Both the position numbers and the translations under genes were made by a program. Below, piece by piece: positions 57,798 through 64,000 of a stretch of DNA of 64,000 nt. Numbering within the stretch: the first letter of the stretch is position 1; each line of letters opens with the position of its first letter. Source of the DNA: Pirellulales bacterium (GTDB taxonomy: Bacteria; Planctomycetota; Planctomycetia; Pirellulales; UBA1268); contig JADHSL010000007.1 in the NCBI GenBank assembly GCA_016776925.1, forward strand, positions 4,821 through 68,820. The letters run 5' to 3'. The notes below the pieces were generated by a model, which worked only from the letters and a program-made list of their open reading frames with translations, ran no database searches and was not told where the DNA came from.

Positions 57798-59817
57798 ACC
57801 CAACTCAACACCACATACCGAGAAAAAACATCAGCGCCTCGCTCGAAGGCTGTTGTTCTGGTTCCTCCTGATCGCGCTGCTGCCGTGTGGCATCATGACA
57901 GCAATCACTGCCCGCCTTGCGAATCGCGCACTTGAAACATCTGTACAAGAAAGACTTGTACAAATTGCCTCAGCACGGTCCACTCAACTGGAGTCATACG
58001 CTGCTGAGCGAGTTCGTGACGGCACAACACTATCCATAGCGCCAACGGTCGTAACTGCCATGTCCCAGCTTTCCTCTGTCGGCCTTTCTGCATCGAACCC
58101 AACAATACTTGAGGAGGAGGCGACGGCTTATGCTCCCTATCTTCGAGATGTTGCGACATCTCGTGGGTACGAAAGTTTGCTCCTCATTCACGTCGATGGC
58201 ACAGTTCTCTACTCATCTACAGATCAACTCAAGCCGGGTGCAAAGCTAACCTCTGAGTCACTAGGTACTACAGAATTAGCAAAAAGCTTTGATCGATCAC
58301 GGACTCTCTTACAGTCTGAAATGTGCCAGTTCGCACCTTTTGGGAAATCTGGAAAGCCAACGGCATTTGTCACATCTCCAATCTTTCAGAAAGAAAAGGT
58401 AGTTGGAGTACTTGCTCTCCAACTACCAATTGATCGCGTCTGGCAAATACTGACAGACACAACTGGTCTCGGGGCAACTGGTGAGATTCTTACAGCAGAA
58501 CGAATAGACAATACTGCGAGAATCACAACTCCCCTTCGTCACCGCTCTGATGCCGCCTATGAACTTACAATACCGCTTACAGTTGAAAAAGCCGTTGCCG
58601 CGCGACATGCGTCGAGCGGCAATCGAGGATATGCGGTTTTCCCCGATTACAGGCAGGAGGAAGTTGCTGCAGCTTGGTGCTATCTTCCAAGCTATCGCTG
58701 GGGCCTGGTTGCCAAGCAGGACACGAGTGAAGCATTTGCACTCGTGCGTTTTCAACAACTACTAATCGCCGGGTTACTTTGCGGCACTGTTCTTTTGGTT
58801 GTTGTGGTTGCACTCTTTGTAGCGCGAAGTATTAGTACACCCATCCAACGGGCAATCATCCTGTCACGAAATGTGGCCGCAGGTGACCTGCGAGACGATG
58901 TCTCTATCTTGTCACGAGACGAAACAGCAATACTCCTTGAGTCACTCCAGACAATGACACAAGATCTCCGCCTGTTGATAGGCCGGGTTCAAACCTCAAG
59001 CGATGCGTTGACAAACACATCATCGACACTGCAAGCAACCGGATCTAATCAGCAGCACGTTATCAAACGACTTGGAGATTCTACGACACAGACGGTAGCT
59101 GCAGTTGAAGAAATCAGTGTGACAGGGAAAGAACTCACACACACCATGGTCGCTGTAAACGAGATGGCAGGGAAGACCGGTGCCATGGCGATCGAGGGGA
59201 GAGAGAATCTATCGAGCATGGACGCCACAATGCGAAAACTTGCGGACAGTACAGAATCATTTGGATCACGACTCGCCGTAATCAATGAACGCGCCACAAC
59301 GATTAACCTTGCTGTGACAACAATTGCGAAAGTCGCCGACCAGACCAACCTTCTTTCGATCAATGCAGCAATTGAAGCTGAGAAGGCGGGTGAGTATGGT
59401 CTTGGATTTCTTGTAATCGCCCGGGAGATTCGGCGACTCGCAGACCAAACCGCAGTTGCTTCTCTTGAAATTGAACAGGTCGTCAAAGAAATGCAACTTA
59501 GTGTTTCATCCGGTGTAATGGAAATGGATGCTTTTACAAAAAGTGTTGAGACAGGGGCGCAGGAGATTGGTGGTGTCTCTCGGCAACTTGCAGAAATCAT
59601 CGCATCCGTAAAAGGGATATCTGAACGGTTTGAGCAAGTGGCCGAAGGCATGCAGGCCCAAAGCCAAGGCGCCGAGCAAATCCGGATCGCCATGGCGCAT
59701 CTGGCAGAGAGCGTCTCTGAAAGTGAATCGGCCCTGGACTCCTTCCAAAACGCCACAACCGACGTCCAACAAGCGGCAAACGATCTTCATGGAGAGATCA
59801 CGCACTTCAAGCTCTGA
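57790..59817 (+). CDS. methyl-accepting chemotaxis protein (dCache-like sensor, HAMP, MA domain)
   Basis: Two TM helices flank a ~300-aa periplasmic domain. The highly conserved MCP hairpin is LLSINAAIEAEKAGEYGLGFLVIAREIRRLADQT. Overlaps the upstream gene by 8 nt. Confidence 0.9.
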   Translation: MTEPNSTPHTEKKHQRLARRLLFWFLLIALLPCGIMTAITARLANRALETSVQERLVQIASARSTQLESYAAERVRDGTTLSIAPTVVTAMSQLSSVGLSASNPTILEEEATAYAPYLRDVATSRGYESLLLIHVDGTVLYSSTDQLKPGAKLTSESLGTTELAKSFDRSRTLLQSEMCQFAPFGKSGKPTAFVTSPIFQKEKVVGVLALQLPIDRVWQILTDTTGLGATGEILTAERIDNTARITTPLRHRSDAAYELTIPLTVEKAVAARHASSGNRGYAVFPDYRQEEVAAAWCYLPSYRWGLVAKQDTSEAFALVRFQQLLIAGLLCGTVLLVVVVALFVARSISTPIQRAIILSRNVAAGDLRDDVSILSRDETAILLESLQTMTQDLRLLIGRVQTSSDALTNTSSTLQATGSNQQHVIKRLGDSTTQTVAAVEEISVTGKELTHTMVAVNEMAGKTGAMAIEGRENLSSMDATMRKLADSTESFGSRLAVINERATTINLAVTTIAKVADQTNLLSINAAIEAEKAGEYGLGFLVIAREIRRLADQTAVASLEIEQVVKEMQLSVSSGVMEMDAFTKSVETGAQEIGGVSRQLAEIIASVKGISERFEQVAEGMQAQSQGAEQIRIAMAHLAESVSESESALDSFQNATTDVQQAANDLHGEITHFKL

Positions 59818-59902
59818 ACAACGGGGTTTTTACCCACAGCGTCTCTTGGTGTATCGTGGTACTTCCTGAGTATCTCAATCTAACCCTGGAGACACGTTCC
59901 CC

Positions 59903-60355
59903 ATGTCACGTACGTTGCTTGCCCTCATTGCGTCCGCCCTTCTCTGCTCCACCGTTTTTGCACACTGTCAGGTCCCGTGTGGAATCTATGGTGACCAATT
60001 ACGATTCGAACAATTACTGGAAGACACGAAAACCATTGCCAAGGCACAGGGGCAGATCAATGAACTCGCCCCGTCCGCGAAAACTGGCCAGGACACCAAC
60101 CAGCTTGTTCGCTGGGTCGTTACAAAAGAAACGCATGCAGGGTCAATTCAAAATTGTATCGCTGACTATTTCCTTGCTCAGCGGATTAAATCTGATTCAC
60201 CGCGTTACACTGATCAACTCAAGGCCGCACATACCGTGACTGTGGCCGCGATGAAATGCAAACAGTCGACCGATGCAGCGACTGCTTCTGCGCTTGAAAA
60301 AGCTATCCATGACCTGTATCGCGCCTATGAAGGCAAAGAGCCTGACTTCCACTAA
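59903..60355 (+). CDS. sodN: nickel superoxide dismutase with a Sec-type N-terminal leader
   Basis: The Ni-hook HCQVPCGIY (compare HCDLPCGVY) directly follows a 20-aa hydrophobic leader, MSRTLLALIASALLCSTVFA. Confidence 0.85.
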   Translation: MSRTLLALIASALLCSTVFAHCQVPCGIYGDQLRFEQLLEDTKTIAKAQGQINELAPSAKTGQDTNQLVRWVVTKETHAGSIQNCIADYFLAQRIKSDSPRYTDQLKAAHTVTVAAMKCKQSTDAATASALEKAIHDLYRAYEGKEPDFH

Positions 60356-60434
60356 AACAGGCAAGTATTTTCTTTTCGATCTACGGATGCCCGCACCCCT
60401 CACATAGCTGGGAGGGTGCGGGTTGTTCGAAATC

Positions 60435-60614
60435 TCAGTAAGAGGACGCGGTGATGATCATTGCGCTGCCAGTAGAATTTGGCATTGCGGATACCACAAA
60501 CAATGCGGCTGCTGCCGCCGCAACGAGTTCATCTTCATCGAGTGATAATATCGGAGAAGGATTCTCTGGTGGTGATGGCTGGCGATAGAAACTGAAACGA
60601 CATGCATCATTCAT
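60435..60614 (-). CDS. possible 59-aa small protein
   Basis: Below the track cutoff. ATG at 60614 preceded by AAGGTGG. Translation: MNDACRFSFYRQPSPPPENPSPILSLDEDELVAAAAAALFVVSAMPNSTGSAMIITASSY. No family recognised. Confidence 0.25.
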   Translation of the reverse strand: MNDACRFSFYRQPSPPENPSPILSLDEDELVAAAAAALFVVSAMPNSTGSAMIITASSY

Positions 60615-60804
60615 CGCCCCACCTTATCTACTCGGAGCCTAATGGTGCCGAGTTACCACCGGACGTAAAATCCCAGATGATTCTGTCCTATCTTTTACAG
60701 GCCATCTACGGCCAAAGAAACTATTCACTTGTGTTTTTTCCTCATTCTGAATACTTTTAAATTAGGTTTTTTTGGGTACTTTCAATCTCTACCATCGAAC
60801 CCAT

Positions 60805-61254
60805 ATGCGACGCCTCCTTGCAATAACGCTGCTCACAGCTTTTATTCCAGTTTCTTTACTGGGGTATGCGGGATTTGCGGTTCTCGGCATTCATTCTCAT
60901 TGTGATTGCCACTTTCCCAGTGGAAACAATACTAGGGGACAAAACCGTCAGCCAGCCTGTGCTCATCACCGTCACGGGGACCATCATCAAAGCCGCGATG
61001 CACTTAAAAAAACGGCAGAAAATCGCAACCCACAGAGTTCACCAGAACAATCCAATTCTCTATCTCAAGAGTCCGAAGAATGCGTTCTCTGCCAGTTTCT
61101 CCGTTATGCGAAAATTCAAGTCGTTCACGCACTACCACCAACACAGGTAACTCCTCTCGTTCTCCAGAGACTCTTCTTCTCCAAGGATTTCCTTGTCGTC
61201 TTTGACTACACACTACGACCAATTCCCCGTGGGCCGCCAGCAATTATCTCTTAG
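60805..61254 (+). CDS. Cys/His-rich membrane-anchored hypothetical protein
   Basis: ATG at 60805 (MRRLLAITLL...). One TM helix, then HSHCDCH, CAHHRHGDHH and ECVLCQF motifs. Confidence 0.5.
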   Translation: MRRLLAITLLTAFIPVSLLGYAGFAVLGIHSHCDCHFPSGNNTRGQNRQPACAHHRHGDHHQSRDALKKTAENRNPQSSPEQSNSLSQESEECVLCQFLRYAKIQVVHALPPTQVTPLVLQRLFFSKDFLVVFDYTLRPIPRGPPAIIS

Positions 61255-61470
61255 TGATTGCACCTTGGTACGTTCTAGGTTCACAACTATGGGTTCGCAC
61301 AACGTGCTGGATTCCATACGTCGGTGAGGCGCTATGCGTACCAAATTGAGACGCGTAACCGCATCAGTGCACCCAGTTTGATACAACACACCAGTGTAAA
61401 ATCCACTACACACTCAGCCCACTAATACATGTCGCCCAAATCAATCAGTTGACTAGTTTGCAACAACTAC

Positions 61471-62775
61471 ATGGTAAATACGAGTAAAATATCACCGGTT
61501 CCAGCCTCACGACAGTCCCAGTTTTACTACTGGATCACGTCTCATAACTGGTGTGGCTTTGCAGATCCTTTGGTCGCCGCAATCAAGACACCTTTAGGTG
61601 CCCTTGTTGCTGCTTTCGTTGTTGTATTGATACTAGGCATAGCCGTAGGCACAAGCATGCTTTGGGCGGCTGGCACGATCTTCTTTATTGGCGCAGTCGG
61701 AACGCTCTGGCCAGCTCTTACAATCCGTGGACTCCGTGGTCAGTTGGAATTTGAACGCCGCAGGGTTACCGAACAAGAACCTGTGCAAACAAAGTTATCC
61801 CTTGAAAACCGCTGGCCATGGCCCACCTGGGGAATCATGTGCCGACGTGACCTTTCTGAGCCAAAGCCTGCTGCTTGTGGAGGACTCCCAGCGGCCAGCA
61901 AGACCACTTTCACTTCTTTATTCACTCCGCTGCTTCGAGGCGTGTACCCCAAGCAGGAGTGTCTTATCTCTACTGGGTTTCCATTTGGCATATACAACAG
62001 ATCTCGACCCACCAAAATTAAGAATACGCTTATTGTGTGGCCGCGCACGGTGCCATTAAAAAGTCTTCTCGACAGCGCTGAGACGAGACCATCCGAAGAT
62101 CGTTTTACGGATGCACGATGTGGTGAATCTGGTGATGTTTTAGGAACACGACCCTTTCGGAATGGTGACTCGCTTCGCCGTATTCATTGGCCACAAACAG
62201 CGAGAACCGGTTCTCTTGTAGTCTGCGAGCGTCAAGCGCCTGCAACGTCTGCTATTCGAATTGTAGTTGATACAGACCCAACGATCCACGAAACCATTAA
62301 TGGTGAAAACAGTATCGAATGGGCAATTCGGATTGTGGCAAGCATCGCCATGGCCTATCAGAGCAAACAAGCAGCTGTTGAGGTTTGCTTCCGTGGTCAG
62401 TGCGTCAGAGTTGGCCAGGGTACAAGCGGGGCTGTTCGCTTCCTCGATCATTTGGCTCATTTTGAATCTATTCACAATGGCAAGCAATCAGAAAGTCTTG
62501 ATGCCAAAGAGAATCAGACGACGCCTCCTAAAAAAACACGCACTGATTGCGGCGTCTTTCAAGTAAGAGTAACCACACGCCAAGGACTGCACCGCGGTTC
62601 GGAACATCAATCCGTGCAGGGAGATCAACTGTGCATTGTACTTACTAATGAAGACAATGATGAAGCGGCGTTTATAAGACATACCAAATTTGGAAGAACA
62701 ATATGGATTCGCCAATCTGAAGACCCTTTGCTGGCATTTCAATATTCATGGGAAAAACTCTGCCATGTCGGTTAA
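61471..62775 (+). CDS. DUF58 domain protein
   Basis: Two N-terminal TM helices. DUF58 motif VLGTRPFRNGDSLRRIHWPQTARTGSLVVCERQ. Confidence 0.8.
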   Translation: MVNTSKISPVPASRQSQFYYWITSHNWCGFADPLVAAIKTPLGALVAAFVVVLILGIAVGTSMLWAAGTIFFIGAVGTLWPALTIRGLRGQLEFERRRVTEQEPVQTKLSLENRWPWPTWGIMCRRDLSEPKPAACGGLPAASKTTFTSLFTPLLRGVYPKQECLISTGFPFGIYNRSRPTKIKNTLIVWPRTVPLKSLLDSAETRPSEDRFTDARCGESGDVLGTRPFRNGDSLRRIHWPQTARTGSLVVCERQAPATSAIRIVVDTDPTIHETINGENSIEWAIRIVASIAMAYQSKQAAVEVCFRGQCVRVGQGTSGAVRFLDHLAHFESIHNGKQSESLDAKENQTTPPKKTRTDCGVFQVRVTTRQGLHRGSEHQSVQGDQLCIVLTNEDNDEAAFIRHTKFGRTIWIRQSEDPLLAFQYSWEKLCHVG

Positions 62776-64000
62776 ACCAAATTCACAAACAAAAAAAGTT
62801 GAGAAGATAAAACAGGGCCCTCCCAAGAGAGGCTTCTCTGGCTGGCTTTGTGTCGCGATGGCGATTATTGCTTCTTCTGCTGTGGATGCGGCTGGTTTCG
62901 GATTTGTAGTTCCACCAGAACCCAAAGCATTCTGGACGGCATCACTGACGTTTGCTTTTATAACGATCCTTTTATCTGAATGCGTAAGGCGATTCGCTCC
63001 GAGTATTGGTAGCACGAACAACTCCCGGCGCTCGTGGGCCATTGGGGTCATGGTGATCGGCTTCTGCATAGAAATGCTCTTACGCTTCTTCCTTGAAGCT
63101 CCTTATCTCATGGACTCCTTGCTGCTTACACTGCTCCGAAATGTGATGATCGGACTCGCAACAGTTGCACATCACCCACTTAATCAGGGACCATCAGTCG
63201 CACTCAGCACCTTTGTATTTGTTTTTGCTTCAGCGTGCTTTGATTCTTCCATCACAACCTTGCCGTGGTGCACCGCTTTGTCTATCGCTTTCGCCGTTAC
63301 TTCAATAGTTTGGCTTGGCGCACGTTATTGGGAGCGGCTTAATATCACTCTCACTTCCAAGGTGGTTCAGAGAAAACGTCCTTGGTGGACACCAGCCTTA
63401 GCAATCCCATTGGTATTACCACTCCTCATTCCAGCTGCACGTGGTCGGCTTATCGCGACGGAAGGCTGGCTGCCAACATCGGGCGGAGGTGATGACGCCT
63501 CTCCAATGGCTCGAGACGGAATTGGAAACGGTGACCTCCTCGTGGCAGGGCTCGATAACATTCGTAGCTTTGCCCCGATCGAGAACGCTCCTTTTGCTGC
63601 CTCCCATGATCCCACGCTCTATGACGTTTTTGATGATAGTTACAACGAAAACTTTTTCAACAAAAACAAGAGGCAAAAGGTCATCAGCCTTGCACCTGAA
63701 ATTCATGCCCTTGCTGAAAACCATCGAATGGCGAAGAGTAAAAAGGGGTCGAGAGAATTTTCAACCGTACGCCGACCAGGAAAAGCGAAATCACAAACCC
63801 TCTCAAGTATCGACAGCGACGCATTGATTTATGTTCGCGGCCGCCTGCCACTTCACCTCAAACTCGAATCATTTGATATCTACGATGGGGTTGAATGGTC
63901 GGCAGAACCCTTGCCTGAGAAATTACCTGAACTAAGTCTTGAAACTGTGGCCGACCGGCCGTGGCTCCGACTTGGGGTCCAAACAAAACCGGGTGATCCA
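62765..64000 (+). CDS. polytopic membrane protein, probably the N-terminal part of a transglutaminase-like (TgpA-type) protein; runs off the window end
   Basis: Absent from the track because there is no stop in the window. The frame from the ATG at 62765 (MSVKPNSQTKKVEKIKQGPPKRGFSGWL...) stays open to 64000. Overlaps the DUF58 gene by 11 nt. The function is inferred only from the usual DUF58-transglutaminase gene order. Confidence 0.55.
   Translation, partial: MSVKPNSQTKKVEKIKQGPPKRGFSGWLCVAMAIIASSAVDAAGFGFVVPPEPKAFWTASLTFAFITILLSECVRRFAPSIGSTNNSRRSWAIGVMVIGFCIEMLLRFFLEAPYLMDSLLLTLLRNVMIGLATVAHHPLNQGPSVALSTFVFVFASACFDSSITTLPWCTALSIAFAVTSIVWLGARYWERLNITLTSKVVQRKRPWWTPALAIPLVLPLLIPAARGRLIATEGWLPTSGGGDDASPMARDGIGNGDLLVAGLDNIRSFAPIENAPFAASHDPTLYDVFDDSYNENFFNKNKRQKVISLAPEIHALAENHRMAKSKKGSREFSTVRRPGKAKSQTLSSIDSDALIYVRGRLPLHLKLESFDIYDGVEWSAEPLPEKLPELSLETVADRPWLRLGVQTKPGDP

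Noticed and set aside
1-64000. Searched by eye for tRNA T-loop motifs (GGTTCGAATCC-like), rRNA, transposase/integrase/recombinase genes, phage structural genes, reverse transcriptases, toxin-antitoxin pairs and cas genes.
   Set aside because: None recognised. The window looks like stable chromosomal DNA rather than a mobile or defence island. This is a visual scan only, so tRNAscan-SE/Infernal/ISEScan could still find small elements I missed.

Overview
This 64-kb window is a gene-dense chromosomal segment with about 55 protein genes. I found no rRNA, tRNA, CRISPR array, transposase, integrase or prophage genes. The gene content points to a Planctomycetota-type genome. Supporting evidence: a DUF1559 protein with a prepilin-type N-terminus, three S1 sulfatase domains, three or four DUF1080/3-keto-disaccharide-hydrolase-like proteins, a Tat-exported Gfo/Idh/MocA oxidoreductase and a large CBM-bearing FAD oxidoreductase. 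Recognisable blocks, in order:
- purM and glgX.
- A His/Asp-repeat lipoprotein operon.
- A sulfatase/redox locus that encloses a NosR/NapH-like double-FMN-binding membrane protein plus an ApbE flavin transferase.
- An esterase-sulfatase fusion.
- hrpB.
- An AraC-controlled sugar-acid / 6-deoxy-sugar cluster (FucU, aldo-keto reductase, lactonase, Zn-ADH, UxaE-like protein, TIM-barrel isomerase), with a nearby PfkB kinase / Ldh2 / 2-hydroxyacid dehydrogenase operon.
- A frameshifted EgtD-family betaine methyltransferase next to a fused permease-SBP betaine-type ABC transporter.
- An MscK-like channel and amt.
- A redox/thiol operon.
- An MFS gene preceded by an unusual leader.
- A patatin-like protein.
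- A membrane-anchored UrtA-like binding protein with a dCache chemoreceptor.
- A signal-peptide-bearing Ni superoxide dismutase.
- A DUF58 / transglutaminase-like pair that runs off the window end.
The candidates I rank highest for novelty are the EgtD-transporter module, the mini-ORF/terminator leader before the MFS gene, the flavinylation module inside the sulfatase locus, the HDDHG-repeat lipoprotein operon and the Sec-type NiSOD. All functional calls come from motif recognition by eye. No database search was run.
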